The position numbers and the translations under genes were made by a program. This document shows positions 28,296 to 37,633 of a stretch of 64,000 bases of DNA, in pieces. The number at the start of each line of letters is the position of its first letter. The first letter of the stretch is position 1. The notes under the pieces were generated by a model. That model was not told where the DNA came from, ran no database searches, and saw only the letters and a program-made list of their open reading frames with translations. Origin of the DNA: Syntrophomonadaceae bacterium (GTDB taxonomy: Bacteria > Bacillota > Dethiobacteria > DTU022 > UBA8154). Where the stretch lies: contig PWRN01000027.1 in assembly GCA_003556225.1 (NCBI GenBank), forward strand, positions 10,019 through 74,018, read 5' to 3'.

Positions 28296-28394
28296 GGCAG
28301 TACCTCCATCAGCAACCTCGCAGCAGGGAAAGACATCATCCCTGCTTCCTTCGTCTCCAGGAACCGAAGGGACATCCCGTTCTTGTTCCTGCCG

Positions 28395-29249
28395 CTACGC
28401 ATCCATTAACTTGTCATGCAAAAGTTTATAAAAGTTGTTCCCGCGAAAATTCACCACCCGGGTCACGCAGCTCGCTTTTTGTACTTTGATCACATCCTGG
28501 TATTGCAAGGCAAACCCTTCCTGTCCGTCAAAAGTGAGGAAAACTTCTCCCTGTTTTGTCGCGACGTTAACGGTCACCAGGTCTTCCATGTGAACAACGA
28601 CCGAACGCTGGTATAAGAGGTGCGGGCAGATGGGGGTAATGACCAGGGCCTTTAACATGGGGTTTAAGATCGGGCCTCCCGCGGACAGGGAGTAACCTGT
28701 CGAACCGGTCGGACTGGCGATGATCATCCCATCGCCGGGGTAACACTCCAAAAAATCATCGTTTACGTATGTATTTAGCCTGATGATCCTGGAAAAAGGT
28801 CCCCGGGAGATAATCACATCGTTCAAAGAAATAAAGGACTTGTATGGCTGGCCGTGGCGGAACACGTCCGCCTGGAGCATCATCCGTTCACCCAGCAGGT
28901 AATCTCCCTGGATTAATAGTTCCAGGTAATGCTCCAGCTCCGGGACTTCAATCTCTGCCAAAAACCCTTTATGTCCCATGTTAACCCCCAGCATGGGAAG
29001 ATCCATGTGGGCCAGTTCCCTGGATACCCGCAAAAAAGTGCCATCGCCGCCCACGACAATGACAACGTCCACCATTGCAGGCCATTTCTCCAGTTGCTTG
29101 ATCGGTGAAGGTAGGTGCAGCAAGGGAGAGCTTTCCGGTACGATGTAAACGGGGACACCGTGTTTAGCAAAAAACGATTGAATGCTTGCAATGACCGCAT
29201 GGGTATTCTTTTTTTGCCAGTTGGGTATTACGCCAATGCCTTTAAACAG
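28395..29249 (-). CDS. nadK: NAD kinase (probable CTG start)
   Basis: GGDGTFL, G.N.G..GFL, LND, GDG.I.ASPTGST.YSLSAGGP, DGQ; frame extends to CTG at 29249 (LFKGIGVIPN) behind GAGGGTG, with an in-frame stop three codons upstream. Confidence 0.93.
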   Translation of the reverse strand: MFKGIGVIPNWQKKNTHAVIASIQSFFAKHGVPVYIVPESSPLLHLPSPIKQLEKWPAMVDVVIVVGGDGTFLRVSRELAHMDLPMLGVNMGHKGFLAEIEVPELEHYLELLIQGDYLLGERMMLQADVFRHGQPYKSFISLNDVIISRGPFSRIIRLNTYVNDDFLECYPGDGMIIASPTGSTGYSLSAGGPILNPMLKALVITPICPHLLYQRSVVVHMEDLVTVNVATKQGEVFLTFDGQEGFALQYQDVIKVQKASCVTRVVNFRGNNFYKLLHDKLMDA

Positions 29250-29301
29250 GTTCCATCACCCTCGAAGTTTAATCGAAAAAACACGTTCCACCGCCGCGTT
29301 C

Positions 29302-30153
29302 TTATCGCCGGGGAGTCGCTTCCTCTTTCTTTGCAAAGTAGCGATGAGCTTCATCAACCACAGCCCTGACCCACGGCTCGATTCCCTGCTGGCCGGGGAA
29401 ACGGTCCTTTGCGTGATCGTGTTTGAAATAAGCGAAAAACTCGATATTGCCCCGGGGGCCCTGCACCGGGGAATACGTGAAGCCTTGCAGCCCGTACTGC
29501 AGTTGCGCCGCAGCAGCGGTGATCTTCATGAGTATTTCTCGATGCACCGCGGCGTTTTTTATCACACCTTTTTTCCCGACCTGGGCTTTTTGGGCCTCGA
29601 ACTGTGGTTTGACCAGGCAGATGACTTCTTTGACCGGGAAGCTGGCCACCGTGGGCAAAATGTGCCGCAGGGAGATAAAGGATACATCGATGAGTGCCAG
29701 GTCCGGCTTTCTATCCAGATGTTCCCGTTTCAAGTCCCGGGCATTAAATCGTTCCAGGTTTACAACGCGGGGATGGTTTCTCAGCGCCCAAGCCAGTTGG
29801 CCAAAACCTACATCCAGGGCATAGACTAGGGACGCGCCGTGTTGGAGAGCACAATCGGTAAACCCTCCCGTTGACGCCCCAATATCGAGAACGATTTTTC
29901 CTGCAAGTACAACCCGGAATTCACGCAGCGCCTTCTCAAGCTTCAGGCCGCCGCGGCTGACGAAGGGGTGCAGCGGCTTTTTCAGCTTGATTTCTGCAGA
30001 TACCGGGACCGAAAAGCCGGGTTTATCTTTCACGATACCGTCAACCAGCACATTGCCCGCCATGATTTCTGCCCGGGCCCGGTTTCTCGTGTCCACCAGC
30101 TTCATGCGCAAAAGCAGGTTATCCAGGCGATCTTTTTCCGTGCGCCCTTTCAT
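29302..30153 (-). CDS. tlyA: TlyA family rRNA 2'-O-methyltransferase
   Basis: RLD.LL S4 domain, VSRGGLKL, DIGASTGGFTD, DVSFISL, LVKPQFE, G..GN.EF. Confidence 0.95.
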   Translation of the reverse strand: MKGRTEKDRLDNLLLRMKLVDTRNRARAEIMAGNVLVDGIVKDKPGFSVPVSAEIKLKKPLHPFVSRGGLKLEKALREFRVVLAGKIVLDIGASTGGFTDCALQHGASLVYALDVGFGQLAWALRNHPRVVNLERFNARDLKREHLDRKPDLALIDVSFISLRHILPTVASFPVKEVICLVKPQFEAQKAQVGKKGVIKNAAVHREILMKITAAAAQLQYGLQGFTYSPVQGPRGNIEFFAYFKHDHAKDRFPGQQGIEPWVRAVVDEAHRYFAKKEEATPRR

Positions 30154-30163
30154 GGGAACTCCC

Positions 30164-32065
30164 TTAGACTCTCTCTCGAATTTTACAGAGTTTTTTTGCC
30201 TCCTGGACAATACTTCCGGCCGTAAGGCCAGCGCTCTCCAGGATTTGATCCCGGCTGCCATGACCGGTGCAGGGATCATCTACGCCCATCAGCTTCACCC
30301 GGAGATCCGCTAATCCTTTTTCCGCAAACAATTCCAGCACCGCGCTGCCAAAACCGCCCCGGGTAACTCCTTCTTCTACTGTCAGGATATTTTTACATTG
30401 TTTTGCCCGCCCGCAGATGAGTTCATCATCCAGGGGAACGATAAAACGCGGATTCAAGACACAGGCTTTTATGCCCGCTTTCAGAAGGGATTCATGGGCT
30501 TCCAGGGCGGCTTGCACCATGGAACCCATGGCCAGGATCAAGAGATCATGGCCTTCCTTGAGCACTTTGCCTCGGCCGTAAGCCAGCTCACAGGGTTCCG
30601 GGGGGAGAGGTTCTGCGGCCGGGCCCCGGGGGTAACGAATCGCCGAAGGCGAGTCCAGGGTCAAGGCCAGCTTCAACATTGCCGTTAATTCCGTACCGCT
30701 TCCAGGAGCCATCAGGGTGATACCCGGCTGATGACGTAAATAAGCCACGTCAAATAGACCGTTATGGGTCTCTCCATCTTCGCCCACAAGTCCTGCCCGA
30801 TCCACGGCGAAAAGCACCGGCAGCCCCTGCAAGCAGACATCATGCAGGATCTGGTCATACGCCCGCTGCAAAAAAGTACTGTAGATCGCCACGACCGGTT
30901 TAAAACCCTCGGCAGCCAGTCCCGCTGCCATGGTTACCGCGTTTTGCTCAGCGATACCCACGTCGATAAACCGCTGCGGCCATTTGGCAGCGAAAGATTC
31001 CAGCCCTGTTCCCGCAGTCATAGCCGCGGTCAGGGCGATGATGGAAGCGTCTTCTGCTGCCAGCTGGTGTAAGGTCGCACTGAATAGCTGGCTGTATGTA
31101 AAAGGATTGCGCTTGGGAGGGAACCTGCCGGTTTGCGGATCAAATTTTCCCACACCGTGAAATTTTTGGGGTGCTTCTTCTGCCGGTTTGTACCCTTTAC
31201 CCTTCGTTGTCACGGTATGGATTAATACCGGCCCCTTGATGGTCTTGGATTGGCGGAACAGTTCCTGGAGCTGCAGAATATTGTGGCCATTAATGGGTCC
31301 CAGGTAGGTAAACCCTAACTCTTCAAACAGGATGCCGGGAACAAGCAGATACTTGACACTGTCCTTGATGCGCTCGGCGGAACGAACCATGGTTTTACCG
31401 ATATGGGGAATGCGTCCCAGGACATGTTCCAGGTCCTCTTTAAGCCTGGAGTATTTCGGATCTGTGCGCAAGCGGGCCAGGTAAGAAGGCAGGCCGCCCA
31501 CGTTCTCGTTGATGGAAAGTTCGTTGTCGTTTAAGACGACGATCAGGTCGGTATTGGCAACACCGGCATAGTTAAGGGCTTCAAACGCCATTCCGCCGGT
31601 TAAGGCGCCGTCACCGATGACGGCAATCACGTGATTCGTTTGCTGTTTTAAATCTCTGGCCCGGGCGATCCCCAACGCGGCAGACAACGAGGTGCTGCTG
31701 TGCCCCACGTTGAAGACGTCGTAGATGCTTTCATCTCTCCTGGGGAAACCACAGATCCCGCCAAAACTGCGGATTTGTTTAAATTGTTCCCGGCGACCCG
31801 TGATGATTTTATGCGCATAAGACTGGTGTCCCACATCCCAGATCACCCGGTCTTCCGGGAGGTTAAACACACTGTAGAGGGCCAAAGTTAATTCGACCAC
31901 ACCAAGGCTTGAAGCCAGGTGCCCTCCCCGTTGAGCGATCACAGAAACAATTAACCGGCGTATTTCCGCGGCAATACGCTCCAGCTCTTGCACGCTGCAC
32001 TTTTTTAAATCTCCGGGTTCGTTGATGCTTTCCAGGAGCAAACTCAAAGCAATACCCACTTCCAC
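30164..32065 (-). CDS. dxs: 1-deoxy-D-xylulose-5-phosphate synthase
   Basis: GGHLASSLG, WDVGHQ.Y.HK, GDGALTGG, NDN, IAEQ, YSTFLQRAYDQ, DRAG.VG.DG.TH. Confidence 0.97.
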   Translation of the reverse strand: MEVGIALSLLLESINEPGDLKKCSVQELERIAAEIRRLIVSVIAQRGGHLASSLGVVELTLALYSVFNLPEDRVIWDVGHQSYAHKIITGRREQFKQIRSFGGICGFPRRDESIYDVFNVGHSSTSLSAALGIARARDLKQQTNHVIAVIGDGALTGGMAFEALNYAGVANTDLIVVLNDNELSINENVGGLPSYLARLRTDPKYSRLKEDLEHVLGRIPHIGKTMVRSAERIKDSVKYLLVPGILFEELGFTYLGPINGHNILQLQELFRQSKTIKGPVLIHTVTTKGKGYKPAEEAPQKFHGVGKFDPQTGRFPPKRNPFTYSQLFSATLHQLAAEDASIIALTAAMTAGTGLESFAAKWPQRFIDVGIAEQNAVTMAAGLAAEGFKPVVAIYSTFLQRAYDQILHDVCLQGLPVLFAVDRAGLVGEDGETHNGLFDVAYLRHQPGITLMAPGSGTELTAMLKLALTLDSPSAIRYPRGPAAEPLPPEPCELAYGRGKVLKEGHDLLILAMGSMVQAALEAHESLLKAGIKACVLNPRFIVPLDDELICGRAKQCKNILTVEEGVTRGGFGSAVLELFAEKGLADLRVKLMGVDDPCTGHGSRDQILESAGLTAGSIVQEAKKLCKIRERV

Positions 32066-32071
32066 CAGGAA

Positions 32072-32665
32072 TTAACCGCGCCTTTGCTGCTGCGTGTTGG
32101 TTCCCCAAAAGGTAATTTTATCCATAGCTGTTAAAACCCGCGCCGCCGCAAAAACCACTTCCGTGGAATGATTGATCGCCAGGTACTTTCCCACGGCCTT
32201 TCCGCCTACGGTTATCGCGGCAATCATCCCCGCGAGAAAGATATTCAAGTACAGTTCGTTTATCCCCGGTCGGAGAAAGGCGAGGTTGATAATGATAAAG
32301 GCCCCGATGGTACCACTGATCACACCGCTGATATCCCCGATCACATCGTTACAAAAATTAGCCACTTTTTCAGCGTTTTTTACCAAATAGATTCCTTTTT
32401 TGGCGCCGTATATTTTTTTCGACGCCTTGGAGTGAAAGGGCATTTCATCCGCTGCCGCCACAGCCGTTCCAATGGTATCAAACAGGATTCCGATAAAAAT
32501 AATCATAAAAAGGATCAGGAAAGAAACAATGGTGGAATTGATCCCCTGCACGAGCAACCGGGTGATCAGAGCTAAACCAGAAGCCAAAAAAAAAGTCCAG
32601 ATACTGGCCTTAAGGATCCAGCGAACCGTTCTCTGCTTTCTCTGGGTTTGCTTGCTGTTGGCCAA
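32072..32665 (-). CDS. oapA: OLE-associated membrane protein A (OapA)
   Basis: About four TM segments with GI.FD..G.AV.AA.E.PFH..A..K..GA and NA..V.NFCNDVIGDI.G.ISG; lies directly downstream of the OLE-like RNA and upstream of dxs; TTG start behind GAGGTG. Confidence 0.85.
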   Translation of the reverse strand: MANSKQTQRKQRTVRWILKASIWTFFLASGLALITRLLVQGINSTIVSFLILFMIIFIGILFDTIGTAVAAADEMPFHSKASKKIYGAKKGIYLVKNAEKVANFCNDVIGDISGVISGTIGAFIIINLAFLRPGINELYLNIFLAGMIAAITVGGKAVGKYLAINHSTEVVFAAARVLTAMDKITFWGTNTQQQRRG

Positions 32666-32691
32666 TACCCCCAACACCTCATAAGTAATAA

Positions 32692-33267
32692 AGGACTTAG
32701 GTGGCAATCATGTGAGTAAACTTTACGGCTTCAGGTCCAGCAGGTTTTCCCAGATGCCTACCTCGCTGTTGCCAGCGGGCAGTTTCCTTTTAAAGACATC
32801 TCTGCCGTGTTGCCAGCGGCAGGGCTGGATTGCCACTAAGACCGCACTTTAATCCCCACATGATCTCCCACAGGTGGGAACAGTCTAGGAGTTTTCCTCG
32901 ATAGTGCATTTACGCTTCCTAGCCTCTTTTGCAGTCCTGGTTTCCTAAGGCAGGTTGCTGCCTTTCTCCCCGCAGGACCACTCAAGGCAGGCTACACTGT
33001 GCCCAGCGTCTGCCGCACACAGGTTCTAGCCTAAGCCGTAGCGCTTTCCCAGTAAGGCAATTAACCACGAACTTAGGTCTCCACGAAGGTAGGGTCAACG
33101 CCTACATGCCTTTGTAGATCGCCCCATCCTTCTTAACTCCCAGCACCAACCCCCGACTGGGCTTCGGCAGCCGGCACCAGGAACTTCATTGATGTGCCCT
33201 TTGGCGGATTTTTAGGCCCGCCTTCAGAAGCGTTTGCCTAACTAGAATACTGCACCACCTATGTCCC
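32692..33267 (-). ncRNA. ole: OLE (ornate, large, extremophilic) RNA, ~575 nt
   Basis: ORF-free gap between ispA and oapA. The 5' end GGGACAUAGGUGG pairs with the 3' end CCACCUAAGUCCU. Contains blocks I recognise from OLE RNAs (GCAGUAUUCUAGU, GAAGGCGGGCCUAAAAAUCCG, GGGCACAUC.AUGAAGUUCCUGGUG, UGCUGGGAGUUAAG, GGCGUUGACCC). Canonical xseAB-ispA-ole-oapA-dxs-tlyA-nadK-recN context. Confidence 0.88.
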
Positions 33268-33273
33268 AAGTTA

Positions 33274-33302
33274 ATTATAGCACACTGCCTTATTAATCTC
33301 AA
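33274..33302 (-). promoter_or_regulatory. sigma-A promoter of the OLE RNA
   Basis: TTGAGA (33297-33302), 17 bp, TG-C-TATAAT (33274-33279); predicted TSS at ~33267 coincides with the start of the closing helix. Confidence 0.8.
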
Positions 33303-33346
33303 GATTTTGCCAAATGCTTGCCCGTGATCATCGATCTGGCAATCCC

Positions 33347-34273
33347 TCAGTAATCCCTGTAAAAAACAAACCCGGTGATTTCCTGCAGGGCCCGGGCCGC
33401 ATCTCCGTAGGGCGCCAGAAGCAACATGGCCTGGCGATAGAGCTCGTCTCGCTTATCCATGGTTTTTTGCAGGCCCTGCGCTGCTACATAGGTGGCCTTT
33501 TCGCGCTGTGCATCCATCCCGCCAGCTTTACCCATTTTGTCCCGATCTCCCTGCACATCAAGGAGATCATCCACCAGCTGAAACGCTTCACCCAACAGTG
33601 AGCCGAAGCGGCCCAGGCGGGAGAGGTCCTCCTCCCGGCCTCCTCCCAGCAGCACACCGGCTCGCAGGGAGGCCTCGATCAACGCGCCGGTCTTTTTCTG
33701 GTTAATATAAGCAATCACTTCCTGGCCAGGATTTTTCCCTTCAGATTCCATATCGACAACCTGGCCCCCGATCATGCCGTTTACACCGGAAGACCGGGCG
33801 ATTTCATAAATCACCCGCAGCCGGGTTTCAGGCGCGACGTGCAGTGCATAAGCAGGAGAAAAAGGATCAGGGCCCGCTGCAGGATTGCGGCTACTTAAAA
33901 TCTCAAATGCCAGGGTCAACAAGGCATCTCCGGCCAGGATGGCAATAGCTTCACCATAGACCTTGTGGCAGGTCGGCTGACCCCTCCTGTAGGCATCGTC
34001 GTCCATGGCGGGCAGATCGTCGTGGATCAAGGAATAAGTGTGAATAAACTCTACGGCACATGCCGCCGGCACGGCCTGGGAGGTGCTTTCCGTGAAGAGC
34101 TCCGCGGCAAGCAGGAGCAAGGCGGGGCGGATGCGCTTTCCTCCTGCAAAAACGCTGTAGCGCATGGCCTTATGAATGTTTTCCGGGTAACAGTCCTCTG
34201 CGGGCAGATACAGGTCCATGGCCTGCTCCACAAGCGCAACCTGCTTCTTGAAACGCTCCGGGTGATTTTTCAT
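33347..34273 (-). CDS. ispA: farnesyl/geranylgeranyl diphosphate synthase
   Basis: GGKRIRP, HTYSLIHDDLPAMDDD..RRG, GQ..D, KTGAL, FQ.VDDLLD. Confidence 0.95.
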   Translation of the reverse strand: MKNHPERFKKQVALVEQAMDLYLPAEDCYPENIHKAMRYSVFAGGKRIRPALLLLAAELFTESTSQAVPAACAVEFIHTYSLIHDDLPAMDDDAYRRGQPTCHKVYGEAIAILAGDALLTLAFEILSSRNPAAGPDPFSPAYALHVAPETRLRVIYEIARSSGVNGMIGGQVVDMESEGKNPGQEVIAYINQKKTGALIEASLRAGVLLGGGREEDLSRLGRFGSLLGEAFQLVDDLLDVQGDRDKMGKAGGMDAQREKATYVAAQGLQKTMDKRDELYRQAMLLLAPYGDAARALQEITGFVFYRDY

Positions 34274-34312
34274 GCGGCAAATCCTCGCCTCCTGGAAGAC
34301 TCCATTGTCTCT

Positions 34313-34552
34313 TTAAAAAGGATCATCCTCGCTGCTGAATTCTACTTTTGTCCCGTCTTCGAGCAGCAGCTCAACCTTTTCTTCCGCCTGACTCAGGATG
34401 TTTTTGCAGTGTTGGGTCAACTTCATCCCTTCCTGGAAGTTTTGCAGGGTTTCATCGAGGGTTAGCTCTTCCTTCTCCAGTTTTTCAACGGTGCTTTCCA
34501 GTTTTTTAATGGCCTCTTCAAAGGTTAAGTCTTCTAAAGGTTTTTTCGCCAA
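34313..34552 (-). CDS. xseB: exodeoxyribonuclease VII small subunit
   Basis: FEEA..KLE..V.KLE...L.LDE....F.EG..L...C...L..AE.KV. Confidence 0.93.
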   Translation of the reverse strand: MAKKPLEDLTFEEAIKKLESTVEKLEKEELTLDETLQNFQEGMKLTQHCKNILSQAEEKVELLLEDGTKVEFSSEDDPF

Positions 34553-34593
34553 GGCAAATCTTCCTTCCTTAAACAATTTAACCCGGGATAGAG

Positions 34594-35811
34594 TTACTCG
34601 CCTGTTTTTTCAATTTCTTTGACCAGGCAGCGGGCCCGCCCATCGACAAAAATGACTTCTATTTCACGATTTTCTCTCAGAAGGCTGATGCCCTTGATCA
34701 GCTGCTGGTTTTCATCCACAACCAGGGCAAATCCCCGTCCCAAAACCCGCATCGGATCTAACGCCTGCAGGCGATCTTCCAGGTTTTTTACCGTGGCGCG
34801 CTTCAGCTGTAAATCGTATTTGATACCACGTGACATCCTCAACCATAGCTCATCAATCCTCTGCAGGTGGTAATAGATCTTATCTCGCAAATACCGGTGG
34901 AACCTGGCACTGGAAAGGTGCTTCAGCAGATGCAAGCGGCCTGCCAGGCTGTTTTTAACAGCGCGTTCCAAACGAACCTTCATGACCTGGACCTGTTTTT
35001 CCAGCTCATTCCTATCGGGAGCAATAAGCTCCGCCGCGGCAGTAGGCGTTGAAGCCCTGCAGTCGGCGACAAAATCTGCGATGGTAAAATCCGTTTCGTG
35101 ACCCACTGCTGAAATCACGGGAGTTCTTGCTTGAAAGATGGCCCGGGCAACGCCTTCATCATTAAAAGACCACAGCTCTTCCAGGGAACCACCCCCGCGG
35201 GTTATGACCAGCACATCAAATTCTCCCCGCCGGTCCATCACTTCCAGGGCCTGGACGATTTGTGCGGCAGAATCCTTTCCCTGGACAGCGACAGGATAGA
35301 TGGTCAACTGTATAAAAGGAAATCTCCGTCGCAGTGTTGTAATGAAATCTCGAACCGCTGCGCTGCCGGGCGAGGTGATTACGCCAACGTTCCCTGGAAT
35401 AGAGGGCAAGGGCTTTTTGTGCGCCGCATCAAAAAGCCCTTGTTCTTGCAATTTTTCTTTGAGCTGTTCAAAAGCCTGGTAGAGCGCCCCCTGTCCTTCG
35501 GGTTCCAGTTCCTCGATATAAAGTTGAAAATACCCGCCGCGTTCATAAATCGAGGTGCTGCCCCTGGCAATCACGCTCATGCCCTCGGCCGGTAAAAAGG
35601 TCAGATGTCTGTTCTTTTGTCTAAAAAAAACGGCCCGTAAGATCTGCTCCTCTTCTTTTAATGTAAAATACATATGCCCCGAGGGCTTGTGGTGTTTGAA
35701 ATTCGATATTTCACCCAGGACCTGGATGTCCTGTAAAAGGGCGTCTTGAAATAATATCTCTTTGAGGTAGCGGTTAACCTGGGATACACGGTAAATGGCA
35801 TCCTTTTTCAT
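34594..35811 (-). CDS. xseA: exodeoxyribonuclease VII large subunit
   Basis: GEISNF, SGH.YFTLK, VITS...AA.RD, RGGGS.EELWSFN, SAVGHETD.TI.DFVAD.RASTPTAAAE. Confidence 0.96.
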   Translation of the reverse strand: MKKDAIYRVSQVNRYLKEILFQDALLQDIQVLGEISNFKHHKPSGHMYFTLKEEEQILRAVFFRQKNRHLTFLPAEGMSVIARGSTSIYERGGYFQLYIEELEPEGQGALYQAFEQLKEKLQEQGLFDAAHKKPLPSIPGNVGVITSPGSAAVRDFITTLRRRFPFIQLTIYPVAVQGKDSAAQIVQALEVMDRRGEFDVLVITRGGGSLEELWSFNDEGVARAIFQARTPVISAVGHETDFTIADFVADCRASTPTAAAELIAPDRNELEKQVQVMKVRLERAVKNSLAGRLHLLKHLSSARFHRYLRDKIYYHLQRIDELWLRMSRGIKYDLQLKRATVKNLEDRLQALDPMRVLGRGFALVVDENQQLIKGISLLRENREIEVIFVDGRARCLVKEIEKTGE

Positions 35812-36650
35812 AACAGTTTACAAGCCTCGACCAAATTGTCTAAAAGCATTGCAATCGTTACGGGGCCAACGCCGCCCGTGATCGGGGTAATCCAACTGGC
35901 CTTTTCCTGCGCTTCACCGTGGTCCACGTCGCCCACCAGGCGAGTGCCAACCTGGCTCAGGCCGACGTCCACCACGATCGCGCCTTCTTTAACCATATCC
36001 CCTGTAATGGTATAGGGATGCCCCACAGCCACCACCAGGATGTCCGCTTGCTTGGTGAAGGCGGAAAGGTCCGGGGTCTGAGAATGGATGATGCTCACAG
36101 TTGCATTTCTTTCCAGCAGCATGAAGGCTACCGGTTTTCCTACAAGCTGGCTGCGCCCGACGACAACGGCCCTTTTGCCTTCAATCTTTTCACCGGTTGA
36201 GTCAATCAGCTTGATAATACCCTTGGCCACGAAAGGCGGCATATGGTGTTCCCCGATCAAGAAGTCTCCCATATTTATAAAATGCAGTCCTTCGACATCT
36301 TTGCGCGGTTCCACGATCTGTGAGATCAGGGTATGGTCCAGGTGAGGCGGTAGAGGATGGATGTTGATCCCGTGGACAAGATCGGTTTCATTGAGCCGTT
36401 CGATCAGGTGGACGATTTCTTCGTCTGTTGTGGTTTCGGGTAGGTTAAAAACCCGGCACTTGATCCCGAGTTGCCGGCACGTTCTTTCTTTCAATTGCGC
36501 AATATGCACCCGGCCGACGGGACTTTTCACGACAAGAATCGCCAAACCCGGTGTAATGCCTTTATCTGCATGCAAGGACTGGATATCTTGTTTGATTTTT
36601 TCCTTGACCTCGATTGCAGCCTGTTCTCCATTAATGATTTTTGCGGTCAT
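35808..36650 (-). CDS. folD: FolD paralogue 3 (methylene-THF dehydrogenase/cyclohydrolase family, divergent active site)
   Basis: GRSQLVGKP, HS.T, ADILV.AVG, VDVG, GDVD and TP..GGVGPVT retained; YxxxK, VQLP, KDVDG and PCTP altered. Confidence 0.85.
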   Translation of the reverse strand: MTAKIINGEQAAIEVKEKIKQDIQSLHADKGITPGLAILVVKSPVGRVHIAQLKERTCRQLGIKCRVFNLPETTTDEEIVHLIERLNETDLVHGINIHPLPPHLDHTLISQIVEPRKDVEGLHFINMGDFLIGEHHMPPFVAKGIIKLIDSTGEKIEGKRAVVVGRSQLVGKPVAFMLLERNATVSIIHSQTPDLSAFTKQADILVVAVGHPYTITGDMVKEGAIVVDVGLSQVGTRLVGDVDHGEAQEKASWITPITGGVGPVTIAMLLDNLVEACKLL

Positions 36651-36766
36651 TTTCGACCCCCTAGCGGCATTTCCAGCTTTGAGGCCAGCTGTGCAATCCC
36701 CTGGCCCCAAAGCTCACCACTTCACGGTTGAAATGCCTTATCTTCAAAGAACTCAACTTTTTTCGT

Positions 36767-37621
36767 TCAGCTTTCAAGATGTTTTTTAAACGCTTGCAGC
36801 GCATTCCACATCAACATGGTAATGGTGATGGGTCCTACGCCTCCAGGAACCGGCGATATCCAGCTCGCGACCTCCTTGGCCTGGTCAAAATCCACGTCAC
36901 CTACGAGCCTGTCCCCTACCTGGGTTACGCCTACATCGATCACGATGGCACCAGGTTTGATCCAGTCACCCTTGACCAACCCTGTCTGGCCCGCAGCAGC
37001 GACCAGGATATCCGCTTCGCGACAAATGTCCGCCAAGCCCACTGTTTTTGAATGACAGAGGGTTACGGAGGCATTTCTTCGCAGCAGAATCAGGGCCAGG
37101 GGCTTGCCCACGATGTTGCTGCGGCCAATCAAAACGGCGGACTTTCCATAGACCGGTTGCGTCGTATGTTCGATCATATGCAAAATACTGTGTGCCGTGC
37201 AGGCAATGAAGCCTTCTTCGTCGCTGAACAGCTTGCCCATATTAATGGGGTGCGTGCCGTCAATGTCTTTTTCAGGATCTATCGCGTTTAAGATGACGCG
37301 TTCGTCAAGGTGGTCCGGCAGGGGCAGCTGGACCATGAACCCATGGATTTTTTCGTCCTCGTTGAGTTCTTCTATCACCTCGAACAAATCATCCTGGGAG
37401 ATATCCTCAGGCAACCGCCGGACCTCTGAATAGAACCCCAGCTTTTTACTCTGCTTTTCTTTGTTGGTAACATATGACAGGGAAGCAGGATTTTGCCCGA
37501 CCAAGACAACGGCAAGACCGGGAGTCAGGCCCGTTTCATCATAGATGCGGCCCAACTCTTTCACAATTTCTGTGCGGACGCTTTCTGCCACTTCATCCCC
37601 TTTAATCAGGTTGGCGGGCAT
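36767..37621 (-). CDS. folD: FolD paralogue 2 (methylene-THF dehydrogenase/methenyl-THF cyclohydrolase)
   Basis: SYVTNK, VQLPLP, KDIDG.HP, GRSNIVGKP, IDVG, PVPGGVGP. Confidence 0.93.
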   Translation of the reverse strand: MPANLIKGDEVAESVRTEIVKELGRIYDETGLTPGLAVVLVGQNPASLSYVTNKEKQSKKLGFYSEVRRLPEDISQDDLFEVIEELNEDEKIHGFMVQLPLPDHLDERVILNAIDPEKDIDGTHPINMGKLFSDEEGFIACTAHSILHMIEHTTQPVYGKSAVLIGRSNIVGKPLALILLRRNASVTLCHSKTVGLADICREADILVAAAGQTGLVKGDWIKPGAIVIDVGVTQVGDRLVGDVDFDQAKEVASWISPVPGGVGPITITMLMWNALQAFKKHLES

Positions 37622-37633
37622 CCAGCATACCTC

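Noticed and set aside
32929..33117. 62-aa + strand ORF in the ispA-oapA gap
   Set aside because: Antisense to the OLE RNA; no RBS or protein-like features
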